45,312 nt of DNA from Octopus bimaculoides. Taxonomy: Eukaryota. The DNA is taken from NCBI RefSeq assembly GCF_001194135.2, contig NC_069006.1, forward strand, positions 9,612,697 to 9,658,008, given 5' to 3'. Position 1 is the stretch's first letter; every line of letters begins with the position of its first letter. The notes beneath the pieces are model-generated. The model saw only the letters and a list, made by a program, of their open reading frames with translations. It had not been told where the DNA came from and did not search any database. A program made the position numbers and the translations under genes. Shown here piece after piece: positions 12,122 to 23,864 of the stretch.

Positions 12122-12205
12122 TTGATATTTTCATCGACAGTTTTGTCTATGGAATCTGGGTGACAGGGCAAACCTTTGATATTCATGATGTCAATCACCA
12201 TATTC
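12122..12205 (-). CDS. Host gene exon: (R)NMVIDIMNIKGLPCHPDSIDKTVDENI
   Basis: Long pyrimidine tract with CCAG acceptor and GTAAAC donor, 84 nt, phase 2/2. It continues the EF-hand exiting helix. Confidence 0.85.
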
Positions 12206-12236
12206 CTGGAAGAAAGAAAGAATGAGATAGATAAAT

Positions 12237-12297
<61 letters not shown>
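12237..12297. repeat. (GA)n microsatellite
   Basis: Directly visible. On the minus strand it is a pyrimidine tract near the 12205 acceptor. Confidence 0.95.
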
Positions 12298-12300
<3 letters not shown>

Positions 12301-12707
12301 GAGAAAATGTCTTCAGTAACAACAACAATACTAATTACTTAGAATTTAGATTTCACAGCATTTATATTTTACTTTTCAAAGTTATCTCTACAGATTTTCT
12401 GTACAAATTAGAGCCAACACAGAAAGTTACAAGATTTCATATACAAATACATCTACGTAAACAATGCAATTGAAGATAGAAAAAAAAAAAGGTAATTAGG
12501 GCATGGGTGTATCTGNNNNNNNNNNNNNNNNNNNNNNNNNNNNNNNNNNNNNNNNNNNNNNNNNNNNNNNNNNNNNNNNNNNNNNNNNNNNNNNNNNNNN
12601 NNNNNNNNNNNNNNNNNNNNNNNNNNNNNNNNNNNNNCTGGATCCAATTTCTATAAAAAATTTACAACTGCTAACAAAAGTGTGGTACAGTATTTACTTA
12701 TAAGCAT

Positions 12708-12936
12708 TTAATCCTTTTGTTACCCTATTTCTGTTGAGATGATCTGTGTTTCTTTCAATTACTTTAAATATAACAAAGAATTTAGTAAAATAACTCAGTT
12801 ATCATCAAGCTAGTGTTAGGAACATAAATTGTGACTAAGGTTTGGTGGAAGATTTTAATTCAGAACTTATGAAATCAAGACATTTGTACGACAGAGCCAG
12901 AGGTGGTTTCAGCCAGGTTGGTATTGAAAGGGTTAA
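12708..12936 (+). mobile_element. piggyBac-like MITE, single copy
   Basis: TTAA at both ends and (C)CCTTTT...AAAGGG termini. Same family as the arrays at 23865 and 40471. Confidence 0.75.
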
Positions 12937-13140
12937 CATACTTGGCAATTTTGGTTTCAAATTCTGGCCCAAGTTCAGCAAGTTAGGGGGAAGGGCTGAG
13001 TCAATTAAAATTGATCCCCAGTGTACAACTGGTACTTATTTCATCAACCGTGAAAGGATGAAAGGTAAAGTCAGTCCCAGTGGCATTTGAACTTGGCAGT
13101 GTTTTGTGCTCATGAGCAAAAAACACTTCATTTCACATTG

Positions 13141-13343
13141 CTCCAGTCCACTCAGCTGTAAAGAGGTACCAACCTGGTAGCTGAGAAGTTTAACCCTGTG
13201 GCTGACTGATATCCCATTTGGTGGAGAGGAGTGTTGTACCCTCATGCACCGCAGGAACTGAGTTACATTCTGAACCTTGTGATTCCTGGAGTTCACAACA
13301 GGCATAAGCCTAATTCTCCTGAAGAAGGTCTCCTTCATTTCAC
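13141..13343 (-). mobile_element. Young SINE-like segment, inverted twin of 19154-19356
   Basis: 203 bp with one mismatch to the reverse complement of 19154-19356 (my manual alignment). Confidence 0.8.
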
Positions 13344-13392
13344 CCTACTCTAGTCCCCTCTAACGATTCTGCTAGCTTGCTGCCTTAATATA

Positions 13393-15006
13393 CGAGGCAA
13401 AGTTAAAAGTTATCTGCACTTCCGCCATAACATATCTTTATTATTGTCGTACTACCTTCTGTGTGGAGGTGCAATGGCCCTGTGGTTAGGGCAGCAGATT
13501 CGCGGTCATAGGATCACGGTTTTGATTCCCAGACCGGGCGTTGTGAGTGTTTATTGAGCGAAAACACCTAAAAGCTCTATGAGGCTCCGGCAGGGGATGG
13601 TGGCTAACCCTGCTGTACTCTTTCACCACAACTTTCTCTCACTCTTACTTCCTGTTTCTGTTGTGCCTGTAATTCAAAGGGTCAGCCTTGTCACACTCTG
13701 TGTCACGCTGAATCTCCCTGAGAACTATGTTAAGGGTACACGTGTCTGTGGAGTGCTCAGCCACTTGCACGTTAATTTCACGAGCAGGCTGTTCTGTTGA
13801 TCGGATCAACTGGAACCCTCGACGTCATAAGCGACGGAGTGCCAACAACAACAACTACCTTCTGTGCATGCAGGCCTACAGTTGGTACTATAGGGGTCAT
13901 GTGATTGAAGTTTGAGCCTGATCGTGCCATTTTTGTTTCTGGCTTTACAGCATAAGCACGGCCACTCCACTAGCAATGTGCACCAAAGAAGAACAAAGAG
14001 CAGTGATCCGAGAGATGGTTATAGTGAACTGGTTCACCATTACCATCTCTCGAGCTTGCTGAATCTTCTCATCAGTGTTGGAGGTTGACGGGCATCCTGT
14101 TCCCCATTTGTACATCATGCTTGTCTGGCTTCAGTTTGTTGGCCAGCAAAGCACTGTATCTTGCTCTGTTGATCATACACCCCTTTTTCAGGTAGTCTTC
14201 CAGTATAGACCATTTTGACCCCAAAAAAGGGTTAGCATCACCTTTTCCATAGAAGACTGAGTTTTTGAATTTCTTCGTTGCTGGCAAGCCAGGATGTTCC
14301 TACTCCATACTCTGTCTTTTGGATTCCGCCTTATAATGATGGTCCCATGTTTCATCTCCTGTGACTATTCTACTAAAAAATTCCTCACCCTCATTGTTGT
14401 AGTGATCGAGTAAACGTTGGCAGACTTCATGACGTTGGTGCTTGTGCTCTGCAGTAAGCTCTCTTGGTACCCATCTTGCACAGACTTTATGGAAGCTGAA
14501 TTCATCTTGGATGATTTGATAGGTAGAACCAGAACTAATCTGCAGAGAACCAGGACTACCTTATCGACGATAACTCACCAGTTCACCATTACCATCTCTC
14601 GAGCTTGTTGAATCTTCTCATCAGTGGTGGAGGTTGACGAACATCCTGTTCCCTATTTGTACATCATGCTTGTCCGGCCACTTTTAACGTTCTCAATTCA
14701 CTCATACACACTTCTATGCAGTCAGTGCCCATATTGTACTAAAAGTGTCCAATGAACTTCAGCACCTGACACCTTCTGACCAGAGAAATCAGATATCACC
14801 ATTCTTTGTTCTTCTTTGGTGCACATTGCTAGTGGAGCAGCCATGCTTACACTGTAAAACCAGAAAGAAAAATGGTGCGATCAGGCTCAAACTTCAATCA
14901 CGTGACCACTATACTACCAACTATAAGAATGTGTGCACAGAAGGCAGTGTGGCAATAATGAAGATATGTTATGACAAAAGTACAGATAATTTTTGTCTGT
15001 CCCTCG
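13393..15006 (-). mobile_element. Rearranged fold-back mariner with two 5' ends
   Basis: TA|CGAGG...CCTCG|TA ends and inverted arms of about 215 bp. Broken transposase on minus shows KVCARWVPRELT, IVTGDETW and KVMLTLFW motifs. Confidence 0.85.
13464..13853 (+). mobile_element. tRNA-derived SINE family 'D', full length, nested in the mariner arm
   Basis: tRNA-like head, (AAC)n tail and 13-bp TSD ACTACCTTCTGTG at 13451-13463 and 13854-13866. Confidence 0.9.
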
Positions 15007-15739
15007 TATGTGGTAGTGTATTAAGGTTGCTAAATTAATTGCCAGCAATTAATTTATATTTTACTACTAAAGATACATGAGTAGACTCAACTAAACTATA
15101 TCATAGGTTATCATCAGTATTATATCTCCTGTCCTCCTTGTCGTCATCATCCTCATCATTGTCTTTGTCATCATCAATACTAGCATCATCAACATTATAT
15201 CTTCCCTCCTCCTCCTTGTTGTCATCATCACCATCATCATCATTGTCATCATGAACACTATCATCACCGTCATCCTAATAACCTTCATCCTAATAACCAT
15301 CATCATTGTTGTCATTTTAATGTGCACTTTCCCATGCATGGATGGGTCACACAGAATTTGTGGAGGCAGATTTTCTACAGCTGGATGCCCTTCCTGTCAC
15401 CAACCCTCACCTGTTTCCAAGCAACGTAATATTCCCCCTTGGCCAGACATATTTTCTACAAAAGACTAGAAATAAAGGGACACAGCTGACTGAGTGATAC
15501 TCATTTACACCTTTCACACAATGTCAAGACAAGGAGTCAGCAACACATGCACACACACACACACTACAGGCTTCTTTCAGTTTCCATCAATCATATATAC
15601 TCACAAGGCTTTGGGTCAGCCCAGGGCTGTAGTAGAAGTCAGTTGCTTAAGGGCCATACATACAGGTTGTCTTTGCAGATAGGCATGTCGCTGGCATCCT
15701 TCTTCTGCTCAGCGATCCTAATTTTGTGGGACCGTGGCT

Positions 15740-15950
15740 GCTGGTGTCAGGTAAAACGCATCTGTACTGATGCTACATATAGGCACCTGTGCCGGTGCTG
15801 TGTGCATGCACCTGATGCACAGGAAGGACATCCAGCTGTAGAAACCAGGCCAAATCAGACTGAAACCTGGTGCAGCTCTCCGGCTTGCCAGCTCTGATCA
15901 AACTGTCCAACCCATGCCAGCATGGATAATGGATGTTAAATGACGATGAT
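15740..15950 (+). mobile_element. SINE family 'C' 3' part with (GAT)n tail
   Basis: AGGACATCCAGCTGTAGAAAC...CCAACCCATGCCAGCATGGA...GATGATGAT. Related pieces lie near 11590, 17395, 25120, 26340, 28860, 29535, 32270, 35130, 42045 and 43350. Confidence 0.75.
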
Positions 15951-16313
15951 GGGGATTGGGATGATAATAACGATGATGATGATAATGGTGATGATGATAA
16001 TAATGATGATGATGGTGATGATGACGATGATGATCATGTGCTTCCAAAGCAGGTTTCTTAACCACATAGCTATACTATAATAAACAGTAATCCTTTCTAC
16101 TTGAGGCACAAAGCCTGAAATTTTATGGGGCTGGAGCGCCAGTGTTCAATTCGTACTTCTTTTATTGACCACTGAAAGGACGAAAAGCAAAGTCAACCTC
16201 AAGAGAATTTGAGTCAAGAACATGGTGAATTGGGAAGGGATCTAAAAAAACATGTTGGGTGTTGAAAAAATACCCAAATCAAAATCTGAAAAACAAGTGA
16301 TAAAGGTATTTAC

Positions 16314-16487
16314 CGAAATTCAGAAGGCTCCAGAAATCCTTCTTTGTGAGAACTGTAGAAGCGGAAAATATATTTGCAGCGAATTTCAGCAGAACCACCA
16401 CCATGGTTTGTATGAGGATCAAGAGCTGCCAAACCAATGTAGAAATGTTTGAAGGAAAGAAATTTCTTTCTGCCAACATCAAAAGCC
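16314..16487 (-). CDS. Host gene exon with two degenerate EF-hands: AFDVGRKKFLSFKHFYIGLAALDPHTNHGGGSAEIRCKYIFRFYSSHKEGFLEPSEF
   Basis: (CTT)n-CAG acceptor and GTAAAT donor, 174 nt, phase 2/2. Spacing fits F-x-x-F-D...L-S-F and I-F-R-F-Y...G-F-L...E-F. Confidence 0.9.
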
Positions 16488-16555
16488 CTGAAGAAGAAGA
16501 ACAAAGAAAGGAACACTTATAAACATATATATATATAAAAATTCTATAATTATAG

Positions 16556-16975
16556 GCGCAGGAGTGGCTGTGTGGTAAGTAGCTTGCTTACCAACTATAT
16601 GGTTCCGGGTTCATTCCCACTGCGTGGCACTTTGGGCAAGTGTCTCCTACTATAGCCTCAGGCCGACCAAAGCCTTGTGAGTGGATTTGGTAGACGGAAA
16701 CTGAAAGAAGCCCATCGTATATATGTATATATTTATATGTATGTGTGTGTGTATACGTTTGTGTATCTGTATTTGTCCCCCACCAGCATTGCTTGACAAC
16801 CGATGGTGGTGTATTTACGTTCCCGTAACTTAGCGGTTCGGCATATGAGACCGATAGAATAAGTACTAGGCTTTCAAAGAATAAGTCCTGGGGTCGATTT
16901 GCTCGACTAAAGGCGGTGCTCCAGCATGGCAACAGTCAAATGACTGAAACAAGTAAAAGAGTATAAAAGAGTAAA
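16556..16975 (+). mobile_element. SINE family A, full length, near consensus
   Basis: Complete head-to-tail match to the other copies. Confidence 0.9.
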
Positions 16976-16980
16976 GAGTA

Positions 16981-17241
16981 TAGGGTTCAGCAAAATTGCT
17001 TCACCACATACCGAAATTTAGAAATAGCAGTTAAATGTTGTTCCTCGACCATAAGATAACTCCCAGACAGCAATACTCACAATTAACGTAGGTAAAGAGA
17101 AAAAATAACGAATCCACCAGGCTTTTTTCTCTCTTTAACTACTGAGTATTGCTGTCTGGGAGTTATCTTATGGTAGAGGAATAATATTTAACTGCCATTT
17201 CTAAAGTTTGGAATGTGGTGGAGCAATTTTGATGAACCCTA
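16981..17241. mobile_element. MITE or fold-back with 99-bp inverted arms
   Basis: 16981-17079 is the imperfect reverse complement of 17143-17241, with TAGGGTTC...GAACCCTA termini. Confidence 0.8.
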
Positions 17242-18633
17242 ATTATAATTATGCTTATAATTATAGAATCTTTGTAGAAGGTTACTGATAAAGGTTATTT
17301 TAACATACTGAACTACTTGGGAAAATTATTAATTAATTAATTAATTAATTAATTTTACCCTTTACTATATATATATATACACACACACATATATCATCAT
17401 TTAATGTTTGTTTTCTATGCTGGTATGGGTTGAATGGTTTGAAAACTGATAAGCTGGGGAGCTGCACCAGGTTCCAATCTGATCTGGTATGGCTTCTACA
17501 GCTGGATGCCCTCCCTAATGCCACATACATCTATACACACACATACAAACATACGCAGACATATGTGGGTGCATTGTATGTGTATCTTTATCTATCTATC
17601 TATCAATCTATAACATACACACACACACATATATATACATACGCATATTCATACACATATACATCCACACATACATACACATAAATGCATACAAACATAC
17701 ACACATACATATACGTACAAGCATACACATACATCTAAAGCAATGTAGAAAAATATCCAACATGAATTAACAGGAAACAGATTTTATTCTATAAAAAAAG
17801 CTAAACAAAATCCATTCCCTACTTGGCGCCAATCAAAAACAACGAGCACGAAAAAACATATTATCAATGGTAAAGATGTCTTTTAGCTTAATGATCTCCA
17901 AAATGGAGGTGAACACCTTTCTCCATGTGTTCGGCTTGAAAAATTGTTAAGATCTTGGATATTCTCTACTCTTCATAACAAGGAAAAAATATATATATAT
18001 AAGCGCAGGCATGGCTGTGTGGTAAGAAGCTTGCTTACAAACCACATGGTTCCGGGTTCAGTCCCACTGCATGGCACCTTGGTAGACGGAAACTGAAAGA
18101 AGCCTGTCATGTATATATANNNNNNNNNNNNNNNNNNNNNNNNNNNNNNNNNNNNNNNNNNNNNNNNNNNNNNNNNNNNNNNNNNNNNNNNNNNNNNNNN
18201 NNNNNNNNNNNNNNNNNNNNNNNNNNNNNNNNNNNNNNNNNNNNNNNNNNNNNNNNNNNNNNNNNNNNNNNNNNNNNNNNNNNNNNNNNNNNNNNNNNNN
18301 NNNNNNNNNNNNNNNNNNNNNNNNNNNNNNNNNNNNNNNNNNNNNNNNNNNNNNNNNNNNNNNNNNNNNNNNNNNNNNNNNNNNNNNNNNNNNNNNNNNN
18401 NNNNNNNNNNNNNNNNNNNNNNNNNNNNNNNNNNNNNNNNNNNNNNNNNNNNNNNNNNNNNNNNNNNNNNNNNNNNNNNNNNNNNNNNNNNNNNNNNNNN
18501 NNNNNNNNNNNNNNNNNNNNNNNNNNNNNNNNNNNNNNNNNNNNNNNNNNNNNNNNNNNNNNNNNNNNNNNNNNNNNNNNNNNNNNNNNNNNNNNNNNNN
18601 NNNNNNNNNNNNNNNNNNNNNNNNNNNNNNNNN

Positions 18634-18673
<40 letters not shown>

Positions 18674-19153
18674 TATCTCAGTATGAGGGTGTCTGATGAA
18701 TATATGTATATTAGTGCACAGGCATATGCATATAGGTGAGTCTGTATGCATATACCATTGTGTGCACATACAAGTGAGTCTGAATGTGCACATGTGTATA
18801 TGCACATGCATGTGAATATGTATATACATTTGACTATATGTGTGTATGCGTGTGTGGCTAGGTGTGTGCATGCATGTATGATGTGACAATCCAGCCAATG
18901 CATGCTTTATGTCTGACGTCAAGCTGGAACGTGAGGTCAGGTCATTGGGTCAAGAATGCCAGAGGAAGCAAAGGAATGCTAAACATTCCTAGGTTTGTTG
19001 TTCAAACATGTATTATTATATTTATATCATCATCATGATTATCACAATAATGTTCATGATAATCACCATCATCATCATCATCATCATTGATGATGATAAT
19101 CATGATCTTGTCCATTGTTGGGGTGAAATTACAGCTGAGTGGACCGGAGCAGC

Positions 19154-19356
19154 GTGAAATGAAGGAGACCTTCTTCAGGAGAATTAGGCCTATGCCTGTT
19201 GTGAACTCCAGGAATCACAAGGTTCAGAATGTAACTCAGTTCCTGCGGTGCATGAGGGTACAACACTCCTCTCCACCAAATGGGATATCAGTCAGCCACA
19301 GGGTTAAACTTCTCAGCTACCAGGTTGGTACCTCTTTACAGCTGAGTGGACTGGAG
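19154..19356 (+). mobile_element. Young SINE-like segment, inverted twin of 13141-13343
   Basis: See 13141-13343. The motif TTACAGCTGAGTGGA recurs directly at about 19130 and 19336. Confidence 0.8.
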
Positions 19357-19591
19357 TGTTTTTTACCAGGTCTGGGGCAACTGAAATCATAATCTCGAGA
19401 CAGCGAGTGCAACCCCCTAACATCTAAGGTATGCGCCTTCACAGAAAGCACGTTGTCTTGACAATATCAAAACTTAACAAAGCTAATTAAGATGGAAACG
19501 ATGATGTTTTAATTAACAGTTAAAATGATTGCTCTTTTTTTTTTTTAGGTTTGTTTGTTTTAATGGTGCATTATGTAAATAAAGGCTCTAC

Positions 19592-19715
19592 CTGAAGAGA
19601 TCGTCCATACGCTCGAGAGAACCACCTTTCTGTAGAATGTAGCGAGAGAAGGCTGCCTTACACATTAACATGGATGGATAACTGAAGTTTAGGAACTCCC
19701 GTAGAATTAATTGTT
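19592..19715 (-). CDS. Host gene exon: (E)QLILREFLNFSYPSMLMCKAAFSRYILQKGGSLERMDDLF(R)
   Basis: Pyrimidine tract with TTCAG acceptor and AG|GTAGAG donor, 124 nt, phase 1/2. It joins 16487 to give ...DDLFR-AFD.... Confidence 0.88.
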
Positions 19716-21445
19716 CTGAAAGAGCGTGAAGAGGAGAAAAAGACNNNNNNNNNNNNNNNNNNNNNNNNNNNNNNNNNNNNNNNNNNNNNNNNNNNNNNNN
19801 NNNNNNNNNNNNNNNNNNNNNNNNNNNNNNNNNNNNNNNNNNNNNNNNNNNNNNNNNNNNNNNNNNNNNNNNNNNNNNNNNNNNNNNNNNNNNNNNNNNN
19901 NNNNNNNNNNNNNNNNNNNNNNNNNNNNNNNNNNNNNNNNNNNNNNNNNNNNNNNNNNNNNNNNNNNNNNNNNNNNNNNNNNNNNNNNNNNNNNNNNNNN
20001 NNNNNNNNNNNNNNNNNNNNNNNNNNNNNNNNNNNNNNNNNNNNNNNNNNNNNNNNNNNNNNNNNNNNNNNNNNNNNNNNNNNNNNNNNNNNNNNNNNNN
20101 NNNNNNNNNNNNNNNNNNNNNNNNNNNNNNNNNNNNNNNNNNNNNNNNNNNNNNNNNNNNNNNNNNNNNNNNNNNNNNNNNNNNNNNNNNNNNNNNNNNN
20201 NNNNNNNNNNNNNNNNNNNNNNNNNNNNNNNNNNNNNNNNNNNNNNNNNNNNNNNNNNNNNNNNNNNNNNNNNNNNNNNNNNNNNNNNNNNNNNNNNNNN
20301 NNNNNNNNNNNNNNNNNNNNNNNNNNNNNNNNNNNNNNNNNNNNNNNNNNNNNNNNNNNNNNNNNNTATATATATATACATACGTGTGTGTGTATCTGCG
20401 TCCCCTCCCTTCCCATCACCATTTGACAACCGGTGTAGGTATTTTTACTTCCCTGTAACCTAGCGGTTCAGCAGAAGGGACCGATAGAATAAGTACTAGG
20501 CTTAAAAAAAATAAGACCCAGGGTTGATTGCTTCAGCTAAAATCCTTTAAGTTGCTGCTCCAGCATGGCTGCAGTCAAATGACCGAAACAAGTAAAAGAA
20601 TATTTTAAGATTTTCAACTCCAAGGTTCATGCTTCTCTGAGCCCTGGGCCTTGGCCCACATTGGCCCTGCCCAGAGCATATTCTGTATGTTACCATACTG
20701 GCACTCTATTGGTTACGATGATGAGGGCTCCAGGTGATCATATCAATGGAACAGTCTCCTCATGAAATTAACACGTGGGTGGCCGAATGCTCCACAGACA
20801 GGTGTATCCATAATGTAGTTCTCAAGGAGATTCAGTGGGACACAGAATATGACGGCTGGCCCCCTTTCAATTACAGGTACAACTCATTTTTGCTAGCCGA
20901 GTGGCCTGGAGCAACATGAAAATAAAATGTCTTGCTCAAAGACCACAATGCATCACTGGGAAATGAACTCACAACTCTGCGATCGGGAACCAAATACTCT
21001 AACCACAAAGCCACTACCATAATATACTACCACCAGCTGGTCCCATGCCATCAAAAATGACGGCTAATTGCACCTGGCATTGCCCGGGAATGAAATTTTT
21101 CCTTATACATCGGAAGAAAAAAGTAAAATATGTTTTATAGAAGTTTGTTATTCTAAATTCAATTTATTCTTCAACTGGGAAATCAATTCTACATTCATAA
21201 TACAAAATAATAATAATAAATATAATAATAATAATAATAAACGAAAATACAAAATTTATCGCTTTTTTGAAAGGAGATAAATTCTACCTCATATGATTCA
21301 TGCATCACAAGTATGGAAGTAATTGGTGAAGCTGTTTTCATGTGAAAAGTGAATACATACACATCTCTATTTTATAGAGGACAAAAGATAGAATATGGAC
21401 AGTAATTCAAATTAATACACTTCTCAATGCTATCTAGTGGTTGTA

Positions 21446-22761
21446 TCAGGTTATCCTATAAGTTCTGTCTGATTTTACCTTTTTTAAAATTGAATGAAAT
21501 TTAATAGTATTTTAGAATGTCTAATAGAATTAAAAATTATTTTTATGCATTCATGTACATTTAAACTAATAAAATATAATTTTACAGAATAATAGAATTA
21601 AAATTTCTCTGATTAAAACCCTTTCTAACATGGAAGTATCCAAAGAGCATTTGAGGCACATAATGCTTTATGAGTACAAAAAAGGAAACTCTGCAGCTGA
21701 AGCGACTCGAAACATACACTCAGTTTATGGGAAAGAATGCTTGAATGAAAGAACTTGCAGAAGATGGTTTGCAAAATTCAGAAGTGGAGATTTCAGCCTT
21801 GAAGATGAAGATTAAACAGGATGTCCAGTTGAGTTTGATGATAAGCTCCTTGAGGCATCACTTGAAGAAAATCCTGCATTATCAGTTGAAGAATTGGCAA
21901 AAAAGCTTAGTTCAAACTATACAACTGTTCATCGTCATCTTCAACAACTTAGAAAGGTTCCTAAACTTGGAAAATGGGTGCCTCATGAATTGTCTGAAAG
22001 CAACCACAAATCCTGAGTTGACATCTGCTCTTCTCTCCATTCATGCAAACTCATTTCACCCTTTTTGGATAGACTTGTGACTGGTGACGAAAAATGGATC
22101 TTCTATTGAAATGTTAAACGTCGTAAACAGTGGCTTGGTAAAAGGGAAAAAGTTCAACCACAACCAAGAAGGGAACTTCATGGGAAAAAAGTTCTTCTCT
22201 CTATCTGGTGAGATTGCAAAGGAGTAATTCACTTTGAATTGTTACCACCTAATGCAACAATCAATGTTCAAGTCTACTGTCAGCAATTAGAGCATTTGAA
22301 CCAAGCTTTGAAGAAAAAAAAAACCCGCCTTAGTGAATCGTAAACGAGTGATGCTTCATCAGGACAATGCACAACCCCACACTGCAAAGATCACGTCACA
22401 GAAGATCAAAGAGTTTGGTTGGGAAAAAATTCTTCATCCACCTTATTCTCCCAACCTTGCTCCTTCAGACTACCACTTATTTCATAGTTTACAGAATCAT
22501 TTGCGGGACATAACCTTCGCAAGCCAGGAGGAGGTCGAAACAGACATTTCAGAATTCTTCGCTTTGAAACCAAAAGAGTTTTACATTGATGGGATTAAAA
22601 AGCTTGTAAGGTGATGGTGATGATGATGACCAACCTATAGATGGAAGGAAGTCATAGATAATCAGGGAAAGTACATTGATGATTAAATTTCAATTAAATA
22701 TAACATTTGATCACTTGTTTTCTTTATTCAAAATTCGGACAGAACTTATGGGGTGATCTGA
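21446..22761 (+). mobile_element. Full-length mariner (D,D34D), 1316 bp, inactive
   Basis: Imperfect TIRs of about 30 bp (TCAGGTTATCCTATAAGTTCTGTC.../...GACAGAACTTATGGGGTGATCTGA) and TA TSDs at 21444-45 and 22762-63. Confidence 0.95.
21630..22686 (+). pseudogene. Mariner transposase pseudogene
   Basis: HTH region, WVPHEL, VTGDEKW, HQDNAQPH and YSPNLAPSDYHLF motifs. Several in-frame stops, a frameshift in the A-run near 22320 and an insertion of about 27 bp near 22610. Confidence 0.95.
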
Positions 22762-22985
22762 TATTTTGAGATGTGACATCAATCCATACAAGCATTCACA
22801 TACTTCCCTTGTATACACATGCGCACATATATACTCACACAGAGTTGAAACGCTGTTTGATTTTTCCTTTTCACTGTAGAACTTCCATCATCCCACTACC
22901 AAGTTTGCCATTACCCCTTTCATCCTCATTCATATGTTGTGACAGTGAAATACACAAGAGTATTATTATAATAGATATTATAAGA

Positions 22986-23200
22986 CGGCGAGCTGATAGA
23001 AACGATAGCATGCCAGGCAAAATGCTTAGCGGTATTTCGTCTGTCTTTACGTTCTGAGTTCAAATTCTGTTGCGGTCGATTTTGCCTTTCATCCTTTCAG
23101 GGTCGATAAATTAAGTACCAGTTGCGTACTGAGATCGATCTAATCAATTGTCCTCCACCCCCAAAATTTTGGGCCCTGTGCCTAGAGTAGAAAAGATTAT
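22986..23200 (+). mobile_element. SINE family B variant
   Basis: Family B head and a ...GTAGAAAAGATTAT tail. Confidence 0.8.
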
Positions 23201-23243
23201 AGTAGATATTATTCGTACCTCAAAGGACTCCCTCAGTTCCCAC

Positions 23244-23293
23244 CTACCACACGTGTCCTTCTTCCTTTCATGAGTCCCATCTGAATTACTTTC
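23244..23293 (-). CDS. Tentative host gene exon: (E)KVIQMGLMKGRRTRVV(E)
   Basis: TGCAG acceptor and weak GTGGGA donor. Phases 2/1 bridge 29127 to 19715 exactly. There is no homology support. Confidence 0.3.
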
Positions 23294-23864
23294 CTGCAGC
23301 AGAACTAACTGAGATTAACTTAGCTCCTAATCCATTAAGGGTGGATTAAAAAAAGTACTGACCCAACATGGAAGTGGAGTGGTGAAACTGTAATAATGTC
23401 AGGCTAAGTACCTTGTGGTATTTGTCCTGGCTCTTTGTGTTCTGAGTTCAAATCCCTCCATGGCCAACTTCAGTGGCAGACTTAACAATCACCACTTGGT
23501 TTCACATCTTCACCTGGCCTTGGGTACATTGAACAGAGTCCGTTCTGATGCAAGCATTGAGGCCAGGTATCTGGTTCAAAGATCTCTCCCAAACTCCCTC
23601 CCTCCTTCCAACCAGTCTCGAAGGCATTCTAAAGGATCATGGGTAATAACTTCCCTCCGGACTCAAAAATAAAAAAATAGAAAAAAACCCAAAATAGCTA
23701 ACTCAACAACGAAGACTACTTTGTTTAGGTGGACGTTGGCATACTATCATGTATCTAAAAATTTTATTTCTGTATTTGATGGCATAAAAGACAACACAAG
23801 CATACTAGGCACATCCCAATGTCAGCAGAGCATATTCAGGAAAAACATGCAAGGTAGGTCTAAC

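Noticed and set aside
15091-15339. Met-rich ORF, and the similar Leu/Asn-run ORFs at 35746-36075 and 44943-45176
   Set aside because: They are trinucleotide repeats with no splice or homology support.
16252-16452. Plus-strand 66-aa ORF
   Set aside because: It is the antisense shadow of the real minus-strand exon 16314-16487.
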